Positions 1-16,265 of a stretch of DNA of 64,000 nucleotides are shown piece by piece (the first letter of the stretch is position 1; each line of letters begins with the position of its first letter). Made by a program: the position numbers and the translations under genes. Source of the DNA: Paramoeba atlantica. Lineage: Eukaryota; Protista; Discosea. A model generated the notes under the pieces. It ran no database searches and was not told the origin of the DNA. It saw nothing but the letters and a program-made list of their open reading frames with translations. Where the stretch lies: the NCBI GenBank assembly GCA_977017575.1, contig CDRNVI010000012.1, positions 558,001 through 622,000 of the forward strand. The letters are read 5' to 3'.

Positions 1-474
1 GTTACTCCGAAACTTGGAGGGGTTACTCGCTGGTGCTCCGACAAGTTTACGTCCATGGAATTTCTGGCAAACTATTTGCAAACTATTCAGTTATTCATCG
101 AAGAAGCGAAAAAAGGGCCACGAGATTCTAATTCCATTAAGCGGTGTCAAAAAATCTTGACTAAATACGGCTCACAATGCATTCAGAAGCAGTGTGAAAT
201 TTTTTTGAGCGAATGTAGTGAACTACATGCGGCACTCAAGGAATTTAGTGAAAGCGAAGATACTCCTATGGCCACACACATTTGCCAAATGTTGGAGCAT
301 CTATACGAAATTTCCGAAGGTACAGGAGCACCACAAGGATTACGATCATCCCTTTTGCACCACAAGAAAAGACTAGATAAGAATCATAACATGCGTCTCT
401 GGAAACAGGTAATATGGTTTCGACCAAGTTGGGTTGTCCTGTTCGGTCGGCCAATACGTCAACATGCTTTGTGA
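1..474 (+). pseudogene. Possible hAT-like transposase fragment, cut by the window start
   Basis: Frame 1 is open from base 1: VTPKLGGVTRWCSDKFTSMEFLANY...LHAALKEFSESEDTPMATHI. TRWxS and the later helix loosely resemble hAT motifs. Weak. Confidence 0.3.
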
Positions 475-486
475 TATTGGCGAACT

Positions 487-619
487 GAAATTTTGTCTGC
501 GCAACCACCGTGAAAAAAAATTATTTTTTTGGGGGAGGAAAAAAAGTCCCCTTTCACCAAAATTTGTGCATATTAAGGGGGGGAGGGAAGGGGGTGCATA
601 TTAAAGGGGGGGGTCACAG
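487..619. repeat. Right terminus of a DNA transposon; inverted copy at 2687-2820
   Basis: About 133 bp ending GGGGGGGTCACAG|TA; near-perfect reverse complement of 2687-2820. Confidence 0.75.
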
Positions 620-625
620 TATATA

Positions 626-1140
626 TAAACCCCCCTCCCACTTAATATTTACACACACTTACTATTTACATGGCTTTTAATCTCTCAAATTTTGAAAAAT
701 ATCACTGAAGCAAATTACAAAAACGCGATGAAAGCAGTTCCTACGACTCAAGCGGCGCACCCGAATACTCATCGGAAACTCTATCCGATGAAGGCGTACA
801 ACCTTCATGTGAGCAGCCCAACCGGCCATTTGCAATGAGTCACAGCAGAGACATGAGAAAAGTAAGACTAGGAACGAATGACCCACGGCATCACATAAGG
901 AAAGGCGTTCCATCATCAGTGAAAAAACGAGTTGTTGAAATGAGATTGAACAGCATGATAAAAGTGTCTCTTCTCACCTTCAATCATGGATCGGTCAGAA
1001 AATTTTATAACACCTGCAGGAGCCCATGTAAATAATAAGTGGAATTTCCCCGTAATATTAACATGGACACTTATTATTCACACACTCTTATTATTTACCA
1101 TTTTTTGCATGTAAATATTAAGTGGGAGGGGGGTTTACAG
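626..1140. mobile_element. MITE or internally deleted Tc1/mariner-like element
   Basis: Perfect 28-bp inverted repeats at 626-653 (TAAACCCCCCTCCCACTTAATATTTACA) and 1110-1137, in TA context. Confidence 0.7.
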
Positions 1141-1182
1141 TATATATACAGGTATACATATATAGGTATATACAGATGTATA

Positions 1183-1640
1183 CAGGGGGGTGCACGAAAA
1201 TATGGGGGGGTCAAAATTCGTATAACTCGACCAATTTCGGAAAGCAGCACCGCATTCGAGAGCTCTCGCAGAGTTACGTGTCATGTGATAATGCGTTTCC
1301 AGCATTTTTAGATTCTTTAAAAAATTAAAAAAAGTATGATTTTTCAAAGTTCAGAATTCTGCTGCTTTTTGAAAAAAATGCTTTTTTTCTGAATTTATCC
1401 ACTTTTTTGATCCTAATACACTACTATGCCCCAGAAAAGGTCGTATTCGAATAATAGAAAGGTGCAGAAACGGAGTAGATTTTGTTATTCGCCTCGTGGG
1501 CAACTTAAAGCATCTCACAGGATACTTTTGGTTAAAAAATTTGAGGAAATTGATTCTTTTTCGGCTGTCGCCAAGACGTTTAGGTGACTTAAAACTTTTA
1601 GGAATCGATTTTGGAAGAGTAATGTTGCAGGGCCCGCGGA
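1183..1640 (+). pseudogene. Degenerate 5' fragment of the DD32E Tc1 family
   Basis: TA|CAGGGGGGTG terminus with the family's TTCGAGAGCTCTCG palindrome. ATG at 1426 gives MPQKRSYS...SHRILLV, homologous to the N-terminus of ORF 16475-17596. Confidence 0.7.
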
Positions 1641-2686
1641 AACTTTTTAAAAGCGAAGAAAAGCTTTTTCAGATCGTTGAAAGCGCTTTAAAAGCGCTTT
1701 TCGAGCTTTTTTTAGCTTTCGAACTTTCGAGCACGTGTGTACACCTTTACCCTGAGGATGCACTTATGTAAATGAGCATGTAGTGTGTTCATCCGTGGAA
1801 TGCCGACTGAAAATGTGCGCCAGACTTACACTTGAAACGTTGTCGTAGAAATTTGGCCTAAAGCAGTACTCCCCCACTCATTAATAATTATAAACCTCCA
1901 AAACTTATTAAAAGGTTCGTTTATAGAAATTTAATGAGATCATAATTCTCAGCCTCACTTCTATAATTATAAACCTCAAATTCTTCATTTTTTATCTAGA
2001 AAGACACCTGTACCACATACTTTGCACTAAAAATTGTTTCCAAGTTTAAAGGAGTGTCTCGAAAATCAAGAATTTGAAGTCCGTAATAAGAAAAAATCAC
2101 TTATCGAATCTCATTAATAATTATAAACTAAATTTATAATTATAAACTAAAAACGTTTATAGATTATAATTATTAATGGACACTATGAAGATTTGGATGG
2201 CACTGGATGGCAGCGGATGGCACTGGATGGCACTGGATGACTAATTTTTGTGTATGTAATGGTTTACCCAAAACGAAAATTTGTGGGACGGTTTGCTCAC
2301 ATCTCAAGTGATGGTGAGGCAAGACTATATGCCAAGACTATATGTCAAGACTATATGCCAGACGATGCACGAGATACAAGTTGCAACCCAACAGCATGAC
2401 CGGTCGTAGGGGATCAGTGATGCTAGAAGCCAAAACGCATGAAAGCTGCTCATCCAAGTATCATTGAAAATTAATAGTATAGTAATAAACCTAACCCCCA
2501 AATTACAAGTACGATACGACAATAAATAATGTAAATACAATTTGCAATAATAATTAATGAAATGAAAATGAAGTGGATTATTAGTTAAAGCACCCCTCTT
2601 CCCTCTGGTTCTCCCTCACACGTACTACAAATTAAAAGCATATAGTAAGTTTAATATAATTAAAAGCAAATAGTATTAAAAGCATA

Positions 2687-2820
2687 CTGTGACCCCCCCC
2701 CTTTAATATGCTCCCCCTTCCCTCCCCCCCTTAATATGCATAAATTTTGGTGAAAGGGGACTTTTTTTCCTCCTAAAAAAAATTGATTTTTTTTCACGGT
2801 GGTAGCGCAGACAAAATTTC
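2687..2820. repeat. Left terminus of a DNA transposon; inverted copy of 487-619
   Basis: TA|CTGTGACCCCCCCCC start; reverse complement of 487-619. Confidence 0.7.
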
Positions 2821-3901
2821 TGTACTTTCCAAGCGAGTGATTAAGCATCATATTTTTGCTACTTACACGACTCCGCTCTATCATTTTTCTTTGCACAGAC
2901 TGTAAAATGTATGTCCTATCACTTTTTGTAGTTGGGAACCTTGGATGGCGTGATAATAGAAGCATGTACCGTACGATGTGAATTAAGGAGTTCTTGTGCC
3001 GGTGACAATTACAAAGAAAAGTCCTCTGTAAGTAGGGGGGGACACATTAAATATTCTCGAAAGGGGTTGGGAAGTAGGCCTCGATGACAAGGATGCATAG
3101 AAGTAGCCGCCATCGGTTGTGTGCCGTAGTCGATTGAATCTAAACGCGGCGTCCCTGTCTCGGAACGGTCTTCTGTCTCTAAGGAAAGAGCACTACGGGG
3201 CTTCTGAGACGATGTCCTCACTTCGACGTCTACGATTCCCTGATTCCCATCCGTAGGTGGGATTCGCTTAGGTGGAACAGGACTGGTCGATGGGCATCTC
3301 TATTGCTTCCAACGGAGTTTTTGCTTCAAATTATTCTTGGAGAGTTGCCGGTTGATTTCTGCATCCCACTTTTTCAGTTGAGTTTTAGAATGCACTGTGT
3401 ATAATTCACCAAAGGTTTCTCTCATTCATTGTTGTATTGTTGCCATAGCTTTGTGGTGCGTTTGAGACATAGTTCGCCATTTCGAAACAGCCTTATCCTT
3501 CACAACGAAAGGAACATCGCGACGTACGTTTCTCCGAGAACCTAAAACGACTCTAGAACGTTTGGCAACTTTTACTTTACGGGCCCCACTGCAATCAACC
3601 AAACCTTCCTCGTTATCACTGCTTTCATCAGTGGTAGAACTTTCCTCTGTTTCGCTTAATTCCCCATCAGGGGTTTCGAGGCTAACATTTTCTATATCAC
3701 TACCATGTTCTTCATCAGAATGGTATTGGATGTTCTAATGGGTGTTCATAGGCACATTCTAAGGGGTGTTCTAGGCGCTTCCAGTGAACTTCCATGGAGT
3801 TCGGACTTGGTAATTTGAGGACAAATTACCGCCGCAAGTACCACTCCGGCTCGCGGGCTCCGCCCGAGTACGGGGACGCCGATCTCTCCTAGGTCACTTC
3901 A

Positions 3902-4024
<123 letters not shown>

Positions 4025-4026
4025 CT

Positions 4027-4048
4027 GATACAGTTTCTGTACCTTGTT
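4027..4048 (+). other. Truncated spliced-leader exon
   Basis: GATACAGTTTCTGTACCTTGTT matches the 3' part of the copy at 37732-37769. It contains the euglenozoan SL core ACAGTTTCTGTAC. Confidence 0.75.
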
Positions 4049-4102
4049 TTTTTTTTTTTTGTACTACGTTGTACAGAATGTTATGCGTCTGTAGCCCCTA
4101 AT

Positions 4103-7100
4103 ATGGCAAGCTCAGACGTTCCTGCACAAGCATCACGCGGGGAACGACATGTGAGGGTTAAAAGCACCACGTGTACAACATGGACTACGTTCGCTAGCAT
4201 TAAATCAGCCGCTGTCAGCCCACTTGTCAGACAGTTTTATCCGAATCCTGAGACCGGTCGCACCGCCCTCACTCACGCGCTTGATAAAAGTAAACCTGCA
4301 CGCGGACTCGTGGTCGAGTCAGCCGAACTATCTAGATATAGAATTCGACACCGAGGAACGAATGAAGAATGGAACTACTACTCAAGCATTGCAGATCTAC
4401 ATACCAAGCTGTTCTCTTCCACGTATTCGCGTGTCGACTCTCTCAGCCGCGCTCTCGCCAGCTACTTTAAGGGATCCCCTCCAAAGCATCTCCTTCCCTT
4501 TGACATTGAACCATTGCACGCAGAGCGCCAAGGAACTGCACCACCACGAATTGCCACGGAATGCAAGCACAGCTGCAAGAGCAAGGAAACGTGCTCCCAC
4601 TTATGTTGTAAGCGGCACCTGGAATCATACGAAACTATCAACTCGGACGCGGAGCCCCAAACTGTGCCCAACAACACTACAAACAACGAGTGTAAGCACC
4701 TCTGTGGCGACAAACGTACCTGTAAGCATGTATGCTGCAAACGGCACTTGACCTCTGAGCGACTAGAATTCCAAACTGCGGATCCACCGGACCCAACCGA
4801 ATCCTCGCAGCATCATGAAAATCAGCTTCCGCAAGCACCTATCGGCGGAGTCGAAGAATGCAAGCATATCTGCACGAACAAACGATCATGCAAGCACTTG
4901 TGCTGCAAACGACACCTCACGACCACCTTCGCCGGCCCCGACGCTAGTTCTACAATGCTAACCACGGAAACCACCAACTCCCACATTGAAATTAGTTCGA
5001 CCCAAGTCCCTCCTCCCCTCAGCGAGCCGGAGCCCCCCTCAGACCCTACACCTATCACGTCTCCTCCAGTGGGAAACCCCCTCCCGACGGTAAGTACGGC
5101 CTACGGCACACTTCATTCAATCGGCAGTACTATCGGAACCTATATTGTACATGCCGCCCGCCAAGTGCTAGCTGGAAGTGCTACCCCAGAACAGGAATCG
5201 CACCCCATCGGAGCCCATGTACACAACCCATGCAGCAACGTCAGGGAGGACAATATCGAGAAAGGACCACAACACCGCGCATCCGCCGGCCCGGTCTCGC
5301 CTCAAGCGGCCTCGCCCACAGAGTGTAAGCACATCTGCACGGACAAGCACACGTGCCGGCACCAATGCTGCAAACGACACCTGGGTATCGCTTCATCCGA
5401 ACAGCAGCGTAACACTACTGAAACTCAGCCCACAGGTGACGCGCTCCCCGCACCGCTTTCCCCACCGCGCGGAAGCACTGCAGCACCCATACCTACCCTT
5501 CCTGATACGTCCCTACCTACCCTTCCCAGCCCACGACTCACAGAAGCCTCGGAACCAAGCGACGTGCAAGATGCAACCGCTCCCTGCAAGCACGACTGTC
5601 TAAATAGATTCTCATGCAGGCACCACTGCTGTAAACGAAACCTCCCCCATCCAACGTCCCGTGCTAGCCTCTTAGCAGCCGCAGCAGGGATTGCTGGTTG
5701 CCGCATGAATCTGAAGTTAAACTACAATGTGTGGGAAGTAGCCGATACACATGCCGAAGAGCTATTCCTTCGCTTTCGTATACAAGACGTTCAAAGCAAA
5801 TCTGAGGCCGAAGAAAATGTGACTCTACTCACAGCTTGCATCGTCGTAAGTTGCGCCCTTGCCGCCACGCGAGAACACGGGGATCACGGAATTACACTTC
5901 GACAACGAGGTCCCCCGCAGTGCCTCCGTCGACGCCCTATTGCTGCCGAAAAGGCGCGTAGGTTGCTTGAAACCGAGGCGTACCTCCTCCGCAAAAAAGC
6001 GAGGCACGCAACTTCGTCTGACCGTACCAGGCTTCTAAGGGAAGCGAAGAGCGCCCAATCAGCAGCAATCAACTTCTCGAAGGAAGCGGAAAGGGTACAA
6101 ACCCGACGAGCGCAACAAGAAGCCAACCATCGTTTCGCGAGAAATGCCTGGGCGGCTGCCACCGAAGTGCTGGAGAGACCGACGGGGGAAAGCACAGTGC
6201 ACAAGTACCCGACATGCGCGGATACTGATGTCCTCGAGCATTACAAGCGCGAACTCAAAGCGTCACAATCGAAGGCAATGTTACCAGACCGTTCGCACCT
6301 CCCTGGGAATTCTATGGCGGAACAACATTACTGGTCTGATATCACACCAGGCGATGTGACACGGGCTGCCATGAAAAAGAAATCTTGTTCAGCCCCCGGG
6401 GAGGACGCCATTCAGAATACTGCACTAAAGAAACTCAAATCTCTTCACCCCCACATCGCACACTGCTTCAATAACCTCCTTCGATGGAGAGTGTGTCCCA
6501 CACAGTGGAAATCGGCCATCGTAAAATTACTCCACAAGGGTGGGGATGATAGCAATCCCAAAAACTGGCGCCCAATCGCCCTTACGTCATGCCTAGGCAA
6601 GCTGTTCCATTCCATTATCGCCTCAAGCATCACCGAGCACGTAACGAAGGAATATATTCTGGACACCAGTGTCCAAAAGGGGTTCCTACCGAAGCTAGCA
6701 GGATGCATAGAACATACAGCTGCCATTAGCCAATGCGTTCGCCACGCTAAACAGAACAGAAAGCCCCTATGCATGGTTCAGTACGACCTAACGAATGCCT
6801 TTGGATCGGTGCCACACGAGATTATCCTTGCTGCGCTCAAGTGGGCGAGGATAGACTCAGTCATTGTTGAATACGTCGAGCAAATGTACCAAGGATCATC
6901 TCTTCGCTTGAAACTCGCAGGTGGTCTCTCTGAACCCATCCCGGCCCAAAGAGGAGTCCTACAGGGTGACACTCTCTCGCCAATCCTGTTCAATATGGTC
7001 ATGGAAGTTGTCTACCGCTACATCCGCAAAGCCCGTCCGACACTAGGATTCTCCACTGGACGTGACCTACACTTCTGCAAAGCGTTTGCAGACGACCTCA

Positions 7101-8608
7101 CCTTTCTCACAGACAATGCACATCATGCACAGGAAGTGACCGAACTCCTTGAGACTGTCCTAGCGTGCTTGCATATGAAACCCAACACCCAAAAGTGCCG
7201 TGTATACAGCTTAGGGTTCAACGGGAAACGAAGCTTCACAACTCTTCGCCCCACAATCAAACTATGTGGAGAAGCGATTCCCCATGTGGCAGATAAAGGC
7301 ACAACGTTCCTAGGGATGACTATTGCCACCGGAAAGGATACCCCACGCATGGTGTTCTCCTTACTAAGAGACAGGATCCGAAGCATGATGAAGAGAATTG
7401 ATGACAGCGACCATATAGGACACGCGCAGATATGGATGTATCAGAATGCAGTACTGGGCCGACTACGATACCTTCTGACGATACACGATTGCCTTACATA
7501 TAACCTTATTCGGAGACTCCAAAAGATATGTAGCAAATATTTACGAAAGTGGATAAACCTAGCGTCGTACGCACACCCCGACCAGCTATACATCCGGAAC
7601 GGCGGCTGGGGTCTTACGTCCCTAGTAGGCTTATGGAAGGAGTGTACTGTCTCTTGCCTCACTATTTTAGCAGCTTCTACGGGCTCATCAGTACACCGTA
7701 CACTTGAAGATCGTATGCAATGGGAAGCCAGCCTTCAACACTCCCAACGGAACCGCGCAGCAAACCTCGTCGTAAACCGATTAAACGACAGAAATGATGC
7801 GCTATCCTGGGTGAGACGGCACACGGACGAAGAGATGATAGCAGCATATCAACGTCGAGCACCTATTGCAGGTAGATGGTTCAACAGCACTGACAACGAG
7901 GAATTAGCTGCGGACTATGCGAAAGCCTTACATAACTTAAACGGAAAGGAGATTTCACGCTTCACATCCATGGTGCTCACAGGATACGCCCCTCCATCGC
8001 AGACTAATACGAGATCCTGGGGGAAATCAGATGGGTATGTAACTTGCCCTATTTGTTCCGAGCGCAAACAGACACTGCGCCACATACTCACCTCATGCAC
8101 GACTTCGTTAGAACAAGGACGCTATAAATACCGGCATGACGCAGTTCTCAAAGTACTCTTTGACACTCTGAAAACCAGTGACAACATCCAGTCGATGTAC
8201 TTCGACCTCCCTGGTGTACAAAGCAGTGGCTGCCCCCCTTCCTGGCTCACGAACTACACTGTACTCCGACCTGACGGTTGGTTGGCTCTTAAGGATGGAT
8301 CTGAATTCATCCTAGAACTCACATGCCCTTGGGAAGAAAATTTTGATCTCGCACAGGAGCGAAAGAGAGCGAAGTACGAAGAACTCTTGAGATACCGTCA
8401 AACGACAAATCCCCGAACTACTCTACTAACATTTGAAGTCGGAGCGCGCGGCAAACTGAACAACAGTGTAATGGACCTCTCTTGGATTTTCGGACAAAAA
8501 CAAACAAGACAAGTCCGAGAAATGCGGCAAAGAATGACTGAGACAGCTCTTCGAACGTCTTTTATGCTATACGTGATGCGCCACTCTCCCACCTGGAGTC
8601 CCCAGTAG
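4103..8608 (+). CDS. Retrotransposon polyprotein (about 1501 aa): five Cys/His fingers, RT, CCHC knuckle, restriction-like endonuclease
   Basis: ATG at 4103 (MASSDV). RT motifs NWRPIALTS, YDLTNAFGSV, GVLQGDTLSP, KAFADD. CPIC...HILTSC, RHDAVL, RPD...ELTCPWE...ERKRAKY. The upstream CVCV extension is only microsatellite. Confidence 0.92.
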   Translation: MASSDVPAQASRGERHVRVKSTTCTTWTTFASIKSAAVSPLVRQFYPNPETGRTALTHALDKSKPARGLVVESAELSRYRIRHRGTNEEWNYYSSIADLHTKLFSSTYSRVDSLSRALASYFKGSPPKHLLPFDIEPLHAERQGTAPPRIATECKHSCKSKETCSHLCCKRHLESYETINSDAEPQTVPNNTTNNECKHLCGDKRTCKHVCCKRHLTSERLEFQTADPPDPTESSQHHENQLPQAPIGGVEECKHICTNKRSCKHLCCKRHLTTTFAGPDASSTMLTTETTNSHIEISSTQVPPPLSEPEPPSDPTPITSPPVGNPLPTVSTAYGTLHSIGSTIGTYIVHAARQVLAGSATPEQESHPIGAHVHNPCSNVREDNIEKGPQHRASAGPVSPQAASPTECKHICTDKHTCRHQCCKRHLGIASSEQQRNTTETQPTGDALPAPLSPPRGSTAAPIPTLPDTSLPTLPSPRLTEASEPSDVQDATAPCKHDCLNRFSCRHHCCKRNLPHPTSRASLLAAAAGIAGCRMNLKLNYNVWEVADTHAEELFLRFRIQDVQSKSEAEENVTLLTACIVVSCALAATREHGDHGITLRQRGPPQCLRRRPIAAEKARRLLETEAYLLRKKARHATSSDRTRLLREAKSAQSAAINFSKEAERVQTRRAQQEANHRFARNAWAAATEVLERPTGESTVHKYPTCADTDVLEHYKRELKASQSKAMLPDRSHLPGNSMAEQHYWSDITPGDVTRAAMKKKSCSAPGEDAIQNTALKKLKSLHPHIAHCFNNLLRWRVCPTQWKSAIVKLLHKGGDDSNPKNWRPIALTSCLGKLFHSIIASSITEHVTKEYILDTSVQKGFLPKLAGCIEHTAAISQCVRHAKQNRKPLCMVQYDLTNAFGSVPHEIILAALKWARIDSVIVEYVEQMYQGSSLRLKLAGGLSEPIPAQRGVLQGDTLSPILFNMVMEVVYRYIRKARPTLGFSTGRDLHFCKAFADDLTFLTDNAHHAQEVTELLETVLACLHMKPNTQKCRVYSLGFNGKRSFTTLRPTIKLCGEAIPHVADKGTTFLGMTIATGKDTPRMVFSLLRDRIRSMMKRIDDSDHIGHAQIWMYQNAVLGRLRYLLTIHDCLTYNLIRRLQKICSKYLRKWINLASYAHPDQLYIRNGGWGLTSLVGLWKECTVSCLTILAASTGSSVHRTLEDRMQWEASLQHSQRNRAANLVVNRLNDRNDALSWVRRHTDEEMIAAYQRRAPIAGRWFNSTDNEELAADYAKALHNLNGKEISRFTSMVLTGYAPPSQTNTRSWGKSDGYVTCPICSERKQTLRHILTSCTTSLEQGRYKYRHDAVLKVLFDTLKTSDNIQSMYFDLPGVQSSGCPPSWLTNYTVLRPDGWLALKDGSEFILELTCPWEENFDLAQERKRAKYEELLRYRQTTNPRTTLLTFEVGARGKLNNSVMDLSWIFGQKQTRQVREMRQRMTETALRTSFMLYVMRHSPTWSPQ

Positions 8609-8706
8609 ATGCTATAGCAGGTAAAACGCGCCCAGCATTTTGACTTGATGATTGTCAGGATCAAGGTTGGGTGAAATCTCTAGTGATATATCACTATGAT
8701 TAAATG

Positions 8707-8707
<1 letters not shown>

Positions 8708-8768
<61 letters not shown>
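8708..8768. repeat. (TG)n microsatellite
   Basis: Pure dinucleotide run directly after the 3' UTR of copy 1. Confidence 0.98.
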
Positions 8769-13157
<4,389 letters not shown>

Positions 13158-13259
13158 GTAGGAAAATCTCTTTCGGAACAAGATCCTGATCTTTGCCAGG
13201 ATTATCCGGAATGAAAATGTCTATTGTACAACACTATGATAAAATTATATATATATATA

Positions 13260-14690
13260 CAGGGGTGTAAATTTGGATGTGGGGGGGTCTAAAATTCGTA
13301 AAACTTGGCCAATTGTGGAAAATAATAGCGCATTCGAGAACTCTCGAACAGGGCTCATGAACGCAACATGGCCGCGATAGGCACAAGGGGGTATTGCCCC
13401 CTCGACAAAGGGCCCCCAAATGCGATTTGCAACTTTCTAAAGCACGGGAAAAAATAGAAAAAAAAATTAATAATTGCAGTTTCCGCCGTTCTTTTTAATC
13501 ACAATACGGCATCGCTTACGAAAGCTCTTCATAGCGTTTTTAGAGGCTATAGAATGTGTCGTTTGAAGATCTTGAAACGCTGCTTCGATCGCAATGATCA
13601 AATCTGTACGATTTCTAGGGGCCAAACCATTTTTGAAATTGTCCATTATGGACCATAAATGTTCAACGGGCATGAGATCAGGTGATTTTGCTGGCCAAGG
13701 AAGAACAGTAATTCCTGTTTCTTGAAAACTTGTCCTGGCCAGATTGTGCACCGTACAGTTATCCATTGCAATAACGCTAGAAAGGTGCCGCTTAAGGTGA
13801 GAAATTAACCCTCCAAGCTTCTTCATGGCTTCATCAAATAGCCCCCGTCACTGTACCTCGGTTTCCTTGAGAACGAACAGAAGGAAAAACGTGAAGGTGA
13901 AACCCATGCTTAAGACTCGCTGCTATCCAAACCATAACACCATTCCCCCCATGCCATGCATCCAATTCACCTTGCTGCTCCTTGGGAGCGTCAGTTTTGC
14001 GGCAGAGGTACGTGATGTGCCCCCCACTCTTCCCACAGGTAATTTTTTTCATCCATCCAAATGATATTGGACAGTTCCGCGTCACTCCACGTTAGCATTT
14101 CTTCACAGAAACGTACTCGCTTCTCTTTATGCACTGCGGTAAGTGCAGGGGATTTCCGGACTGTGCGCAAGACGATGCCATGTGATTTCATGTGGGTCGT
14201 CAAAGTTTGACGAGAGCAAGTGAACTCAAGATTTTTCATTAACCGGTGGAGCTCACTCCAGCTCCTGATGCCATAGGGTTGATCTCGAACACCCTCGTCT
14301 ATCGCTTTCAAAGCAGCCTCACGTAGTTCAGGTGTCACAGCGATGTTCGTTGGGGCGTGTTTCTGGTTCTTGGAGTCTACTTCTCCAGTATCACGATAGC
14401 GCTCCACCCAGCGCTTCACAGTAGCATCATGAACTTGGAAATTGCGCGCGGTTAGGGAAAAAGACTGCGTTGCTTCGTAATCGGCAACAAGAACCATGCG
14501 CCAGCTTGCTTTTATGTGCCCAGGCGAGGAATAAGCCCTTTCGGAGTGCTTATGTTCCGGAGGTCGTCCACAATCCCGTCGTTTTGGCATGAATAAGGGC
14601 AAAAAACAGAAAAATTGTGAAAATTGCAGGATTTCGTCTTCCAAAAAACTAAGTTTTTTTATGTGCATTCGAAAATCTAATTAACACAAA
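13260..14690 (-). mobile_element. Tc1/mariner element, DD32E family; frameshifted and lacking one terminus
   Basis: TA|CAGGGGTG terminus at 13260. ORF pieces 13991-14668, 13834-14085 and 13467-13826 contain WMDEK, MDNCTVH and WPAKSPDLMPVE. Confidence 0.88.
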
Positions 14691-14916
14691 GTCAGCCCCC
14701 CTCTTGGGAGCCGATATGGTGATTTGGTCATTTTTGGAAAAAAAAGTTGAAAAACCAATTATTTTTTTTGATTAATTTTTAAAATTTTAAAATGAGCTAA
14801 AAACAGCGGGAACGTACAGATCTCAAAATTTTGAACGAAAATGTGGTATGATAACCCACCCACGCCCCCCTGTGCTAAAAATAAGGGGGGGTCACTTATT
14901 CGTGAGCGGGGGTTTA
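14691..14916 (-). mobile_element. Truncated 5' end of a DD35E Tc1 element, head-to-head with 14919-16261
   Basis: Reverse complement of about 14919-15143; nearly identical to the end of 34556-35492. Confidence 0.8.
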
Positions 14917-14918
14917 TA

Positions 14919-16261
14919 TAAACCCCGCGTCACCAATAAGTGACCCCCCCTTATTTTTAGCACAGGAGGTCGTGGGGGGTTATCATAGCACGTTGTCGTT
15001 CAAAATTTTGAGATCTGTACGTTCCCGCTGTTTTTAGCTCATTTTAAAACTTTAAAATTCAGTCAAAAAAATTTTTTTTTTTCAACTTTTTTTTCAAAAA
15101 TGCCAAAATCACCATATCGACTCCCAAGAGGGGGGCTGACTTCTAGTGGAAAGGTTCTTTTAAAGATGAGGCACGGACAAGGAGTACCAATAAAAGAGCT
15201 AGCCCGTGATTTCAACGTTTCTAGAAGGATAGTTAAAAAATATTTGAACGAAAAAAAAATTACCCCAGTATACACTTTGAGTCCTGAGCGAAAAAAAATA
15301 ATGAAAACTCGTAAAACGAAAATTGAGAAGATAATAACCCCTCTTGACCCCGCTGGAGTACCGAGACTCAATTCATCAAGGCGCATAGCAGCCCAATTGA
15401 AGAAAAAGAATATATAAGTTTCAAAAAGAACTGTACAGAGAGACTTATCATCCCTGGATTGCAGTTATGCCGCTCGACCGCTATGCCAAGGACTTACCAA
15501 ACGACAAAAACTAAAAAGAGTTCAATTTGCGTTGAATTACAATATGGATACTTCCCGTGTCATCTTTACAGACGAAAAAATATTTGATACGAATGATGGC
15601 AGAAGAAAAATGTGGGTAAGGCGCGGTCAAAAAGCAGCCCCGCGTCAAAAAGTACGTTGGGCACCAAGATGCCAAGTTTGGGGTGCTGTAGGAGTGGGGT
15701 GAAGGTACTTGGTAATTCTACAAAATGACACATCTATTACAAGTGAGACGTACATAGAAACATTAAAAGAGGTAGATTTCCCCCCTAATCGTATTTTTCA
15801 GCAAGATGGGGCAACGGCACACACTGCTCGTGCCTCAAAGGAGTACATTGAAAGCGCAATGAGTGAACTTCTGAAAAATTGGCCCCCCAACTCACCAGAT
15901 CTTTCCCCAATAGAAAACGTCTGGTCTATGGTCCAAGGGGCGGTGGACGAACAGACCCCATCGGATAAGCCTTCACTCATCCGATGTGTACGCAAAGCGT
16001 GGTCTCGCTTGTCTCAAAATGTGATCGACAAAACGGTCTTAAGCTTTGACTCACGCCTTAAGGAGTGTATAAGATTGAAAGTCGAAAAAGTGAAAAAATG
16101 GTAATTCCTCAATAAAATATACGTATTCGCTTCTTTTTGTTTCATTTCTTCACGCGCAAAGTCCTTGTGTTGAGATCTGCAAAATGCAACAAAAATAAGC
16201 TCAAACGGACACTTACGGACGAAAAAAAAGTGGGGGGTCACTTTTCATGACGCGAGGTTTA
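14919..16261 (+). mobile_element. Tc1/IS630-like element, DD35E
   Basis: TIRs TAAACCCCGCGTCA...AAGTGACCCCCC and GGGGGGTCACTT...TGACGCGAGGTTTA, with TA flanks. Confidence 0.88.
15100..16104 (+). pseudogene. DD35E transposase with two in-frame stops
   Basis: One frame from 15100 to 16104 with a TAA at 15415 and a TGA near 15700. Motifs IFTDEK, QQDGATAH, WPPNSPDLSPIENVW. Confidence 0.88.
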
Positions 16262-16265
16262 TATA

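Noticed and set aside
2110-2380. TAATTATAAAC, GGATGGCACT and AAGACTATATGCC micro-repeats
   Set aside because: Low-complexity local duplications with no supporting structure.
3009-3800. Degenerate acidic, Ser-rich reading frames on the minus strand
   Set aside because: Multiple stops and no recognisable domain.
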